A stretch of 64,000 nt of DNA from a virus. This document shows, piece by piece, positions 1 to 9,808 of this stretch. Under the pieces are notes generated by a model that did not search any database, was not told the origin of the DNA, and saw only the letters and a list, made by a program, of their open reading frames with translations. A program made the position numbers and the translations under genes. How positions within the stretch are numbered: the first letter of the stretch is position 1; the number at the start of each line of letters is the position of its first letter. The stretch is taken from the IMG/VR virus record IMGVR_UViG_3300022674_000045, positions 37,628 to 101,627 of that record. One strand, given 5' to 3'.

Positions 1-317
1 TGCATACCAGATGATGCAACATCTGTAAATTTTTGTAAGAATGTTTCACCATATTCATTTGTAAATGAGTCTGTTGGAAAGTTATCAGCTATAAAGGCAA
101 GTCTTATCGGTTGAGTATCTAATTGATATCCAAGAGAATTAAGGATCCCATTATATTTATCCCATGCTTCATTAACTCTAAATAATGTCAAACCAGATTC
201 AAAATGTGGTGTGCATGGAGTAATTTCCATGACTGGCATACTATTTATAATTTCCGTATCGCTTACATGTGATGCTGGAGGCATTCCAAATGTGTTATTA
301 AATGGTGATAGTTTCAT
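1..317 (-). CDS. Hypothetical protein, probably virion structural (partial, runs off window start)
   Basis: ATG at 317 after AGGAG SD; frame MKLSPFNNTFGMPPASH... stays open to position 1; downstream of tape-measure-like gene. Confidence 0.7.
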   Translation of the reverse strand, partial: MKLSPFNNTFGMPPASHVSDTEIINSMPVMEITPCTPHFESGLTLFRVNEAWDKYNGILNSLGYQLDTQPIRLAFIADNFPTDSFTNEYGETFLQKFTDVASSGM

Positions 318-334
318 AGTATAAATTTATCTCC

Positions 335-3300
335 TTACTGATATGTACCCCTTGCAAGTCTATCTAATGTTGGGTTTGTCATTTTAAATCCTTTTCTTTC
401 TCCAGGTGCAACATTGTTAACTTGTGAGTTAGAAGATACAATAGTATTTGTTGAATTATTTATTTGAGCCCCATATGCCTTAGTTTGAGATTCAATCGCT
501 CTTCTATTTGCTTCAGCTGCCAACATTGCAGCTCTTTCTCTTGAAGCGTTTCTATTTAGTTCTTCTTTTGCATACTGATTCGCAAGAGCTCCTTCATAAT
601 CTAATGATATTGCGGATCTTTCATATACATTTGCTTCACCTAGTGAACCAGCCAAATCTCTTGCTAAAGTGCCACCACTTATTTTCTTTGCGTACTTTTT
701 AGCTTTTCTATATATAAACCCAATACCCCAAGGAAGATTGCTTAACCACTCATCAATGATTAATCCAATTTCTTTGAATCCTCTTATAAGATTTGGAATC
801 GGGAAAAAGAAATCTACAATAGCTTGTTTTAGCGTCTTTTTCCAATCATCTCCACCAAATACTGAACTGATTGTTTGTTTAACCCAGTCACCTATTGATT
901 TGATTCCATCCCATATTGTTGATATTACACCTTTCATTCCTCTCCATATTGGTCCAAGAATTGAAGATCCTTCCATCCATTCATCAATCTTTTTATATAT
1001 ATTTTTTCCTGCCCATTTTACTAATATCCATATACTCTTGATAGCTTCTTGCATAATGTCAAATGGAAACTTTACAACTTTCCAAAGACCACCAATTAAA
1101 TCTTTTACCCCTTCCCATTGTTTTTTTATTGCTTGTGATATGTCTGCTCCGCCAACGAATCCTAATAATCCACCAGCTATTGCTCCGGCAGCTCCACCAA
1201 TTGCTATTCCTATTGGACCTCCAAATGCTCCAAGACCAGCTCCGATCAATCCACCTTTTAATGCTCCACGTTTAGCACCAGTAGCACCAGATTTTGTTCC
1301 ACCCAGGAATCCAGCAATCCCTCTCATAAGCCAATTTTGAACATATCCTTCTGCATCTCCGGACATCATTGCGCTGACCATATCCCATAAACCCATTCCT
1401 CCGCCAATAGCTAATCCAGCGGTGCCAGCAAGAACTGCTCCACCTGCTCCAGCTAATCCTCTTGCTCCCCAGCCTAAAAGACCTCTTACCCCACCACCTG
1501 CCAGGGCGCCTCTTGCACCACCCAGAAGTTTGCCCATTCTTCCACCGGCTCCAATTGTTAATTTTTTACCACCACGACCAAAGAATTTAGCAATACCTCC
1601 AATACCTTTACCCAATACACCAAATACTTTACCAATAGGACCAGTTACTAACCAACTACCAAGTTTTCCAAAACTCATTAAAAGGCCTCTAAGTCTTCCA
1701 CCAATTGTTGTAAGCCAACCAAGTAACATTGGAATCCAGCCCTTAATATCTTTTCTAGTTTTATCTGCTGCTTTGGCTGCTTTCTCTGTAGTGTTTGCTG
1801 TTTTTCTAGCATCTTTTGCCATCTCAGCAATCTTTTTTTGTCTTTCCATTTCAGACTTATATTGTTTTTTAAAGTTTGCTTTTGTTAGCTTGGCTGTTCT
1901 CTTCGCATTTGCCCAAATATATCTAACATTTCTAGCAAGCTTTTTATATAGCCCGAAAGCTTTCTTTTGAAATGTTGCTGTTGTTGCAACATTCTCAGCC
2001 ATACTAGGTGAATGTGGTCCTTCTCTATCTTCTCTATCTCTTTCAGCTTTACTAATTTCTTTTAGATGAGAAACAACTTTTCCAGCAAATGTTTTTGTTG
2101 ATCTTACTGCTGCATCTGAAAACTCTCCAGCAGCTGTCATTCCCCTTTCATATCCACGTTTTGCTCTTTTTGCCATTCCACGTGCTGCAAACTCAGCATC
2201 AAACTTAGCATTCCATGCTGCTTCCTGGGCTGCTGTAACATAATCTTCACCACCCACTTCACCACCGAAGCGGCCTCTGATATTCTCTTTTGTTATTCCC
2301 ATATTTCTTAAGATTGCAGCAGGATTTAATAAATCATTAAAACTATGTATTCCTGCTTCATCAAGGGCAGCTCTGTCAAGACCAAGATTGTCAACAAAAG
2401 TTCCAAATAAATCAGTCTTGCCAAAACTTCTTGTAGTCATAAACTCTTTAATTTTTCCAAATAGAGTATAATGTTTACCACTGGTTGGAGATACCTCTTG
2501 TCCAACTAAAGCTTCAGCTGAAACTTTTGTATATTTCTCTATATTGCGAAGGTATGTCATACCTTTCATATAAATCAATGCTAACATATTAACTTGTTGT
2601 GCATAGATATTACTTGTACTTGTAGCTCTTTTTACATCTCCAGCAAATCCACCCCTAAGTCCAAACAGTGCTTTAAACGGACTTGTTATTACTGATTGCA
2701 ATGTTTGACTGAACATCAACATTGCTCTAAATGTTGGATGTTGTAGCAATGTTCTTTGGAACGCAATTCTAAATCGTGATGCTGTACCAATCATGGCAAC
2801 TTTTAATTCAAGAACAGCTTTTAGCAATCTATCTTGCCATGGTTTTTCTTTATACATTCTAGTTTTTTGAAATTCTTGAATAAATGTGCCAAATATATCT
2901 TTTCTATCTTGATGGATTTCTCCAACAAGTGTTTCCATTCTTACAAGGTTTTGTGATAGTGTATCAAGAACTACACTTAAGCGTTTTGAGATGTCTTCAG
3001 TTTTAACATCATCAATTCGCTTCATAATTTTATCAATTGGGGTGACAACTTCAGCCGCATGAACTTCAACAACACCGCCTTTCTTTACAAAACCACCTTC
3101 CTGCATCTTTGGTAATTCGCCTTCAGCTTGAAGTTCTTTATTTCTTTTAAATACGTTTCCTAAAGATTCTCCTGCTTTAGCTAATGTTCCAGAAACAGAC
3201 TCTTTCATATTTCTTGCCGCTGATTGGAATACATCGGTTTCCATAAATTTAGCAGCAAAATAACCAAACAGCGGTGTGGCTTTAGATAATGCCATTGCCA

Positions 3301-3670
3301 TTGTATTTTGTTTGTTAATACTTATATCTTCACCAATAGCTTTACCGTATTGGCCAATAGCCGCACTTGTTGCTTTTGCAGTATCAGTTGTAATATTTTT
3401 TACACCAACTGATAAATTTTGAATTGCTTTTCCTAAGCTTTTAACAACTCCATTATATGCTGCAGCAGTATCATTTGTAAATTCACTACGTTCCATATCA
3501 AGTTGTTGCATTAACCTTTGTTGCTCTTTTGTTAACGAACTAACCTCATTTGATATTTGTAGTCTTCTTTTATTTTGCTCATGGACAACGCCTTCCACTT
3601 TTTGATGAAGACTATTGATACGGCGAGCTCTATCACTAGACATGTTGATTGGTGGATCTTTGTCTGCCAT
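335..3670 (-). CDS. Tape-measure-like tail protein
   Basis: 1111 aa; helical and Ala/Gly-rich with GG-rich hydrophobic stretch and periodic Trp; in cluster with terminase. Confidence 0.65.
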   Translation of the reverse strand: MADKDPPINMSSDRARRINSLHQKVEGVVHEQNKRRLQISNEVSSLTKEQQRLMQQLDMERSEFTNDTAAAYNGVVKSLGKAIQNLSVGVKNITTDTAKATSAAIGQYGKAIGEDISINKQNTMAMALSKATPLFGYFAAKFMETDVFQSAARNMKESVSGTLAKAGESLGNVFKRNKELQAEGELPKMQEGGFVKKGGVVEVHAAEVVTPIDKIMKRIDDVKTEDISKRLSVVLDTLSQNLVRMETLVGEIHQDRKDIFGTFIQEFQKTRMYKEKPWQDRLLKAVLELKVAMIGTASRFRIAFQRTLLQHPTFRAMLMFSQTLQSVITSPFKALFGLRGGFAGDVKRATSTSNIYAQQVNMLALIYMKGMTYLRNIEKYTKVSAEALVGQEVSPTSGKHYTLFGKIKEFMTTRSFGKTDLFGTFVDNLGLDRAALDEAGIHSFNDLLNPAAILRNMGITKENIRGRFGGEVGGEDYVTAAQEAAWNAKFDAEFAARGMAKRAKRGYERGMTAAGEFSDAAVRSTKTFAGKVVSHLKEISKAERDREDREGPHSPSMAENVATTATFQKKAFGLYKKLARNVRYIWANAKRTAKLTKANFKKQYKSEMERQKKIAEMAKDARKTANTTEKAAKAADKTRKDIKGWIPMLLGWLTTIGGRLRGLLMSFGKLGSWLVTGPIGKVFGVLGKGIGGIAKFFGRGGKKLTIGAGGRMGKLLGGARGALAGGGVRGLLGWGARGLAGAGGAVLAGTAGLAIGGGMGLWDMVSAMMSGDAEGYVQNWLMRGIAGFLGGTKSGATGAKRGALKGGLIGAGLGAFGGPIGIAIGGAAGAIAGGLLGFVGGADISQAIKKQWEGVKDLIGGLWKVVKFPFDIMQEAIKSIWILVKWAGKNIYKKIDEWMEGSSILGPIWRGMKGVISTIWDGIKSIGDWVKQTISSVFGGDDWKKTLKQAIVDFFFPIPNLIRGFKEIGLIIDEWLSNLPWGIGFIYRKAKKYAKKISGGTLARDLAGSLGEANVYERSAISLDYEGALANQYAKEELNRNASRERAAMLAAEANRRAIESQTKAYGAQINNSTNTIVSSNSQVNNVAPGERKGFKMTNPTLDRLARGTYQ

Positions 3671-3683
3671 CTACATTATCTCC

Positions 3684-4601
3684 TTACAGCTTATTAATAG
3701 CTTGGTATACTTTTTGATCTGGACTAGATGCAAGTGTCAATAAAGAAATTACTTCTGATGGTGCAAATAATTCCTGATATGCAAATTGATTATCTTTAAG
3801 AGCGTCTATTGTAAAAATTTCTTTATATGCTACATATAATGGACTTACAAGATATTTGAATTTCATTGCAAGATTAATCATCATATGACCTAGTCCGCCA
3901 CCCTCTAATTTTTGTACCAGTTTAATAAAAACTATATATGATGTAACCATTTTAGTAAATTGATCATCCGATAGTGTTGAAGTAGGTTTAAATATTTCAA
4001 ATATTTTATCATAATACTCTTTCAATAGTTTATTGTCTATCATAAAACCTTTTCTACCTTCAATTTTGAAATACAAAAAATTTAAAAAATCTTTCATTTT
4101 GGATTGATCTATATTACTTAGATTACAATTTAACAAACGACAAAAATAAAACTGATAAAAATGAAGTAATTTTTCTTGGAATAAATTAAAAAATACTTTC
4201 GGTTTTGTAAATGAAAGTAAGTGAATTAATTCATGTAATGTAACACTGGCTAATGCATTATTTTGGACGAATGAAAAAAGATTTGCGCTTTGTTCAACAA
4301 AAATATAAACAATCTTCTTCTGTGGTAATGCTGCTCCTGCTATTCCTCTGAATTGAACTGGCTGCAACTTAAACATTGCTCTAAGAATACTTTTACTTTT
4401 ATATACTGGAGTTATTATTGATTTGGATGTTAAATCTTCTATTTTATTAAAAACTGGAGCACCTTTTCCAGATTTTCTAATTGCATTTAGATATTGCTTA
4501 ATTAATTGGGGCGATGTATAAAATGTTTTACCATCGAATCTATCAACGGGCTTTAAGTCTCCATGTGGAAGTCCCATAAATTCCGATAACTGTTTTTCCA
4601 T
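3684..4601 (-). CDS. Hypothetical protein with HExxH zincin-like motif
   Basis: 305 aa; TLHELIHLL motif with downstream Glu; between TerL and tape-measure-like gene. Confidence 0.5.
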   Translation of the reverse strand: MEKQLSEFMGLPHGDLKPVDRFDGKTFYTSPQLIKQYLNAIRKSGKGAPVFNKIEDLTSKSIITPVYKSKSILRAMFKLQPVQFRGIAGAALPQKKIVYIFVEQSANLFSFVQNNALASVTLHELIHLLSFTKPKVFFNLFQEKLLHFYQFYFCRLLNCNLSNIDQSKMKDFLNFLYFKIEGRKGFMIDNKLLKEYYDKIFEIFKPTSTLSDDQFTKMVTSYIVFIKLVQKLEGGGLGHMMINLAMKFKYLVSPLYVAYKEIFTIDALKDNQFAYQELFAPSEVISLLTLASSPDQKVYQAINKL

Positions 4602-4609
4602 TTTAACTC

Positions 4610-6265
4610 CTATCTATTACTATATAATGATAATATATCTACAAACCCTTGCATCTCGCCAATGTGATCTTTTACATGTCTCATAATACCTTCATTTGAA
4701 ATATCTCCAACTGCTCCACTATTACCAGCTATAATATCTGTCATCTCAGACGAAAGCTGTGTAAACTCTTGTGTACTAATCAACATTGGTGGATCATATT
4801 TTCTTACATACATAACACATGATGTACTCAACACTAAGTCATCGTGACAACCTGTATCAGCTTCAACACGACCACTCGTTTTTGTTACTAACCCTGCAAT
4901 CTCCAAAGCTAATCTTTCTGATTTTACACACTGTGGATATTGCGTAATATATGAATATAGGGCATCAATCATTAACGGTCTTGTTTTTGAGTTAGTTGAA
5001 AGACCTGGTAATACTGTTTGTTTACCTCTTTTTTCTTTATAAATCATGTGCCCAAATTCGCTATAGTTTAATTGCTCAACAACCTGGTTACCATATGAGT
5101 TTGATTCTACAACAATCATTCCAGGATATTGTGCGGCCAATACTTTAACAACCTTAACATAATCAAGAACTTTGCATTTTCCTTGATATTCACAAACCTG
5201 CTCCATTGTTTCATAATCCCAAACAGTTACAGCAGATTTATCTGAACCATGTTCAGGTGCGGTATCAACTCCCATTATATAATATCTTCCTGGCACAGCA
5301 TGAGAAAATTTCCAAATTTCTCCATTGAAGATTTTTGTTTTTTCAATTGGTTGTTGTACAGCATCTTGAACTTTTTCAACAGTTTCAGGTTCAAAGAATG
5401 ATCCTTCTGCTGGTAAGAATTTTAACTCAAGCTCTTGTGCGATTTTTCTTTGATCATTATCAAATAGAGCACATTGAGTTTTATACCAATCAGGATCTTC
5501 TGATAACTCAGGAATACTTCTCCAATGAATTACAAATGGTTCAAAAATATCATCTCTTGATACTGCGCTTTGATATCTTTTAAAATACCATTCTCCAATT
5601 CCAACTGTTTTATTTGGAGTTGAAAGAACAACAGTACCATATGGAACATTTGCTTTCTTGGCTTGCATCTGGTTCGTTGATAAAGCTGGAACCATAGAAG
5701 TCCAGGCGGTATCAATATGATGAACAAATGCTGCTTCGTCAATTACCAAGAATGTCAATGCCTTACCACGAAGGGTTTTATCTGGAGCATTTGGATTAAC
5801 AGGAGAAGCATAAACTTTTGATCCGTTTGTTAAAATAAATGATTGTTCTGTTCTCTTTGAAAATCCTTTACCCAGTGGCCCCTTTGGAGGTTTCATCCAA
5901 TCAGGTAATTTTTCAACCATACCACGAATAGCTCTAGCAAAGTCCGTAGCTTCTTTCCCATCCTTTGAAATAATACCAATAACAGCATTATCAAAGAAGT
6001 TTGCCAACCAGGCAGAATAGGCTTGAATTATAGTTGAGATTCCAATCTGACGGCTCTTCAAAACCAATACATAATGTTTTTCTTCAACTAAATTAACAAG
6101 TTCTACCTGTTTTTTATATGGTACAAGATTAATGTCTTTTCCCGGAACTTCGATTAATATATACGTTCGGCAAAAATATTCAAAGTCGGATTTACACCTC
6201 AAGTATTCAGTTACATACTTATCTGCTAATCCTTGTAGATCTTTCGGTGTTTGTATTGATGCCAT
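4610..6265 (-). CDS. terL: Terminase large subunit
   Basis: KSRQIGIST Walker A, LVIDEAAF Walker B, STPN coupling motif, GVDTA and HDDLV nuclease acidic motifs. Confidence 0.93.
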   Translation of the reverse strand: MASIQTPKDLQGLADKYVTEYLRCKSDFEYFCRTYILIEVPGKDINLVPYKKQVELVNLVEEKHYVLVLKSRQIGISTIIQAYSAWLANFFDNAVIGIISKDGKEATDFARAIRGMVEKLPDWMKPPKGPLGKGFSKRTEQSFILTNGSKVYASPVNPNAPDKTLRGKALTFLVIDEAAFVHHIDTAWTSMVPALSTNQMQAKKANVPYGTVVLSTPNKTVGIGEWYFKRYQSAVSRDDIFEPFVIHWRSIPELSEDPDWYKTQCALFDNDQRKIAQELELKFLPAEGSFFEPETVEKVQDAVQQPIEKTKIFNGEIWKFSHAVPGRYYIMGVDTAPEHGSDKSAVTVWDYETMEQVCEYQGKCKVLDYVKVVKVLAAQYPGMIVVESNSYGNQVVEQLNYSEFGHMIYKEKRGKQTVLPGLSTNSKTRPLMIDALYSYITQYPQCVKSERLALEIAGLVTKTSGRVEADTGCHDDLVLSTSCVMYVRKYDPPMLISTQEFTQLSSEMTDIIAGNSGAVGDISNEGIMRHVKDHIGEMQGFVDILSLYSNR

Positions 6266-6283
6266 ACTATTCTCCCTTTGTTT

Positions 6284-6292
6284 TTTGTTCTA
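6284..6292 (-). promoter_or_regulatory. Putative late promoter motif TAGAACAAA upstream of terL
   Basis: Same motif at 7765, 58959 and 62382, all intergenic. Confidence 0.5.
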
Positions 6293-6308
6293 ATTATTAG
6301 ATGAGTTC

Positions 6309-6330
6309 TCTATATATATTAATTAATGAA
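6309..6330 (+). promoter_or_regulatory. Putative early promoter motif TCTATATATATTAATnnnTGAA
   Basis: 19 of 22 positions identical to copies at 50423-50444 (-) and 60541-60562 (-). Confidence 0.7.
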
Positions 6331-6366
6331 ATGAAAGAATTGTACAAAAAAACAAAGGAGGGAAAT

Positions 6367-6450
6367 ATGAATTTTTTTATCCGTTGTAAAATTGACAGTT
6401 CGATTTCTTCATTGCTGTCGTTTTGTAGATTATATAGAAACGAAAGCTAA
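6367..6450 (+). CDS. Small 27-aa ORF MNFFIRCKIDSSISSLLSFCRLYRNES
   Basis: Promoter motif, AAGGAGG SD at 6355-6361, ATG, TAA, then hairpin plus T-run. Confidence 0.45.
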   Translation: MNFFIRCKIDSSISSLLSFCRLYRNES

Positions 6451-6475
6451 GGGGGGACGCCCCCTAGTTCTTTTT
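6447..6475 (+). terminator. Intrinsic terminator (possibly bidirectional)
   Basis: GGGGG-GACG-CCCCC hairpin followed by TAGTTCTTTTT. Confidence 0.55.
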
Positions 6476-7741
6476 GTTGGTTCTATAGAGGTTGATATTT
6501 GCAGTTGTTTGCCAATCAGGCCCACCCCTTACAAAATTAATAATTGAACTGAATAGAATATATTTTCCTTCAAGATCTTGGTACTCAATAGTTTGTGGTT
6601 TAAATTTTACACACTCACCAACATCAATAAGATTTAATACTGGGAGGTTTCTTTCAATATTTAAAGAAATATGTGAAAGATCAGCAAGAGATTTTCCAAA
6701 TCTTGAGTTAAATAATGTTGCTTCTTTTTCGTATCCAGTATCCTCATTATAATATCTTGTTCTTTTTGCTGCTGAGTCAATAAATAAATTGTTATTTCGT
6801 TGACTATATAGTAATGAATAATTTTGTGCAACTGTTTGCAAATCTTGTGAGATTGTTGCCGTAATGGAGTCCTTTGGTTTTATAAGATGATTTATAGAAG
6901 ATCCTAAATCAGCAAATTTAGATGTTCCTAAATATTCAGTTTCTATTGTATCATATGTATAAAAAACATTTCCATCCAGAGCTTCTTCATAAATTTTTTC
7001 TTGAAGTTTAGAATCTCCAGAGGTCGATGCTAATTGGTAAACTGTAAATGTTTGATTTTTTCTTAATTTTCCTGTTAAATTTTTTATATAAACTTTATTA
7101 TCATGCTGACAAAATACCCCAGGAACTCCAGAAAACAACCCAAATCTTTGGTCTAAATACCCATCAAACATATCATCACTTGTTTTGTCATACTCTTTAA
7201 TTATTTTATAAAATGTAGTAGGAGGAATACAAACTTGATCTATCACTGCTTGATTTCTGTTGTAACTATCAAAATCAACAACTGTACCAACGGTAGCTGC
7301 TAATGATGAGACAATATCTGAAAGACGTTGACCAATAAAAACATCATTTACAAGTGTTGACATTGTAGTAAATGGTTTTCTAGCAAGGCATGTAATTGTA
7401 AGTCTAGTTCTATCCTTCATAGTCATTTCAGTCATTTGACCTTTTTCTGTTAACTGAAAATCCGAGTTCAAATACATCAATTCAACATTAATACTTGGAC
7501 CTGGATAGTCTTGTTCTCTATATAAAGTTATTTGTAATTTTATTGGCTCTCCACCGAAAATTTCTTCAACGATTACATCATTTGGGTCTAACAGGAAAGT
7601 AATATCAACAACTTGATATGCTGTTGCAAGGGATGAGGCAAACATTACTTCAAGCGTATCATTGGTATAGTCCAGGTCTTTTATTTTTACTTTTAATTCA
7701 TATAGTTTATTCGGTGTATAATAGCTTTTTTCTTCTGGCAT
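6464..7741 (-). CDS. Putative baseplate hub / tail-associated protein
   Basis: 425 aa, beta-rich; C-terminal VGECVKF..GKYILFSSIINF..WQTT pattern resembles hub (gp27/gpD-like) proteins; late motif upstream. Confidence 0.45.
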   Translation of the reverse strand: MPEEKSYYTPNKLYELKVKIKDLDYTNDTLEVMFASSLATAYQVVDITFLLDPNDVIVEEIFGGEPIKLQITLYREQDYPGPSINVELMYLNSDFQLTEKGQMTEMTMKDRTRLTITCLARKPFTTMSTLVNDVFIGQRLSDIVSSLAATVGTVVDFDSYNRNQAVIDQVCIPPTTFYKIIKEYDKTSDDMFDGYLDQRFGLFSGVPGVFCQHDNKVYIKNLTGKLRKNQTFTVYQLASTSGDSKLQEKIYEEALDGNVFYTYDTIETEYLGTSKFADLGSSINHLIKPKDSITATISQDLQTVAQNYSLLYSQRNNNLFIDSAAKRTRYYNEDTGYEKEATLFNSRFGKSLADLSHISLNIERNLPVLNLIDVGECVKFKPQTIEYQDLEGKYILFSSIINFVRGGPDWQTTANINLYRTNKKN

Positions 7742-7764
7742 GATCTACCTATCCCTTTTTATTT

Positions 7765-7773
7765 TTTGTTCCA
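7765..7773 (-). promoter_or_regulatory. Putative late promoter motif TGGAACAAA
   Basis: Just downstream of a terminator and upstream of a structural gene. Confidence 0.45.
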
Positions 7774-7848
7774 AAAAAAATAAAGTGTGGGCAAAACAAT
7801 ACATTAACAACTGGATGACCAGTCCAGTCTGTATTGTTCCACCCACAC
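7773..7848 (-). terminator. Long hairpin intrinsic terminator ending the large minus-strand early/middle region
   Basis: GTGTGGGT..AACAATACA..ACTGGA pairs with TCCAGT..TGTATTGTT..GCCCACAC, followed by TTTATTTTTTTT. Confidence 0.7.
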
Positions 7849-7904
7849 CCAACCACCCCGGAATTAACCGGGCACAAAAGGAGGATGCCCTATGGAAAAG
7901 GGCA

Positions 7905-8822
7905 CTATGATGATTGAAGTCTTTCTAAGACTTCGAACATCCTTTGAGGAATAACCAAAACACTTTCCGCTGCATTTTCCATCAAGCGTTTTGTGTTCAG
8001 GTTTGGTTCAAAACTACTGTAGCGTACAATAGCTAAGAACATTTGCCATGCAGTTGGAAGTTGGTTTCCAGACTCACGTTGAATTTCATCCAATAATGTG
8101 GAAACAGCTTCCCTTCTCTTTTTACCAAAACCTTCAATGACATCTAACACTGCAAGCATTTCAGTTTCATTTAATGTACTTGAAAAGCTTTGAGTAATCA
8201 TATCAGCGATGCCTGTTGTAAAGGCTTCCATATATGAGTTTACTGCTGACGTTACACTTGTGCTTGAACTTGCAATATGAACTTGCCTTAATTCGCCCAA
8301 GCTAAAACCAAAAGTTACACGGTTACGAGCATAAGCCATTGAAATTCCAAAGGCAACTGAAGCTGCTCTTGTTCCGTTATAGCTATTATTCACAATCATA
8401 ACTGGCAACACATCACCTGCATTTGCAACCTGTTGACCATTTTGAATAATGATCTCATTACGCATACGGGTATTATCATATGTCATGATTGTATTTTCTG
8501 TCATAATTGGCATTCCAACTGACAGAATAGCATCTCTAATTCGTTGATTTAAAACATCATTACCGATGAATTTGTAAAGATTTGAAACATATCCAGCATA
8601 TTGATAATCAGTCCATTCTGGAGCCTTTGTAAATATAGCTATCATGGGTGCCTGTTGACCATCTGTTGGATGAAATAAAGTCGAATCTGAATTGTTTAAT
8701 AATCTTGTAAATAATTCACGATAAACTACTTCACCATATCTATCGGCATATGAATATAATCCTTTTATAGGGTTTGCTTCTAACCCCATATCACTTGCTC
8801 TTTCAGCAAACGATTCACTCAT
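7905..8822 (-). CDS. DUF932-like phage protein
   Basis: 305 aa; MIVNNSYNGTRAASVAFG resembles the DUF932 NSxDG motif. Confidence 0.5.
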   Translation of the reverse strand: MSESFAERASDMGLEANPIKGLYSYADRYGEVVYRELFTRLLNNSDSTLFHPTDGQQAPMIAIFTKAPEWTDYQYAGYVSNLYKFIGNDVLNQRIRDAILSVGMPIMTENTIMTYDNTRMRNEIIIQNGQQVANAGDVLPVMIVNNSYNGTRAASVAFGISMAYARNRVTFGFSLGELRQVHIASSSTSVTSAVNSYMEAFTTGIADMITQSFSSTLNETEMLAVLDVIEGFGKKRREAVSTLLDEIQRESGNQLPTAWQMFLAIVRYSSFEPNLNTKRLMENAAESVLVIPQRMFEVLERLQSS

Positions 8823-9189
8823 TCAATTCACCACCTTCTAATGGAATTACATCTTCATTTTTCAATAATACATTTTTCATTACTTCAGACAATCTCATAG
8901 ATAATGTATGTTGAAATAATTGATTGGATCCCTGGAATTTAAAATCGGTTAACATTTCAGCACAAATATCAATTGCTTCAGAAAGTGTTTTTTCTCCAGC
9001 TTCTCCGTTTGTATCTTTAATAACTTCAAATACAAAATGTTCTTTTCGTTCGACTGAGCGCTTTAGAAATATTGCTTTAACTGAATAATAAAGTTTTTCT
9101 GTAATAGTGGGACGATTAATCTTATAATTGGCCGTACCACAACTCCCACTTCCTCCACCTTCACTTGTCACTTTGCTGTGCAGTAACAT
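8815..9189 (-). CDS. Hypothetical protein
   Basis: 124-aa ORF tightly packed in operon. Confidence 0.6.
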   Translation of the reverse strand: MLLHSKVTSEGGGSGSCGTANYKINRPTITEKLYYSVKAIFLKRSVERKEHFVFEVIKDTNGEAGEKTLSEAIDICAEMLTDFKFQGSNQLFQHTLSMRLSEVMKNVLLKNEDVIPLEGGELNE

Positions 9190-9191
9190 AA

Positions 9192-9806
9192 TTAAATCCT
9201 TTCAATGATTGAACGTAAATAAATACTCCTTCCGTCGAAATCAAAATTTGGATTCTGGCATTTAACTTCGAATCTTCCTTCAAGCTCCCAAAATCTTTTC
9301 ATTCTTTCAAATGTCCAGATTGATGCATGAGGGCATGAAGGTTCATTTAATAACTCGGTTGTCAATAGAATGTTATGTGGTTCAAATTTGAAATCTGGAT
9401 TTTCTTCATATTCATCTTCTTGCAATATCATATTCGCTAATACTTTGTAATTTGGAACTATAACATCAACTTGCCCACCTTTATGCAACACGGTGGAAAC
9501 AAGATAAATAAAATATTCTACTTGTGTAAATGATACATGTTCAAGGAATCTATAGATTACAACTCGGTCGAATGTAATTGATGTTCTTTCCATGAACTCA
9601 AATACATCCATGTTTAAATTTTTTCTTTTTGTTATTCTATCACCATCTTCCGCCCATTGTTCCATGTCTGCTTCGATCATAAATGCTTGTGTTGTTGAGA
9701 AAAATGATGTATCCACATTTAAGATATATCTTGGGTATAGAAGATTTTCATCTGGTGTTAAAGGAAGCGGATCAAATTTACCCGCTGCAATATTCAATAT
9801 TAGCAT
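9192..9806 (-). CDS. Class I SAM-dependent methyltransferase-like protein
   Basis: LNIAAG motif I-like; FLEHV and LHKGGQVDVIVPN motifs typical of Methyltransf_11/23-like proteins. Confidence 0.6.
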   Translation of the reverse strand: MLILNIAAGKFDPLPLTPDENLLYPRYILNVDTSFFSTTQAFMIEADMEQWAEDGDRITKRKNLNMDVFEFMERTSITFDRVVIYRFLEHVSFTQVEYFIYLVSTVLHKGGQVDVIVPNYKVLANMILQEDEYEENPDFKFEPHNILLTTELLNEPSCPHASIWTFERMKRFWELEGRFEVKCQNPNFDFDGRSIYLRSIIERI

Positions 9807-9808
9807 TT

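Noticed and set aside
508-1970. Plus-strand ORFs (223 aa, 182 aa and others) and similar short ORFs throughout the window
   Set aside because: They are antisense or out-of-frame shadows of long minus-strand genes, with no SD or recognisable motifs
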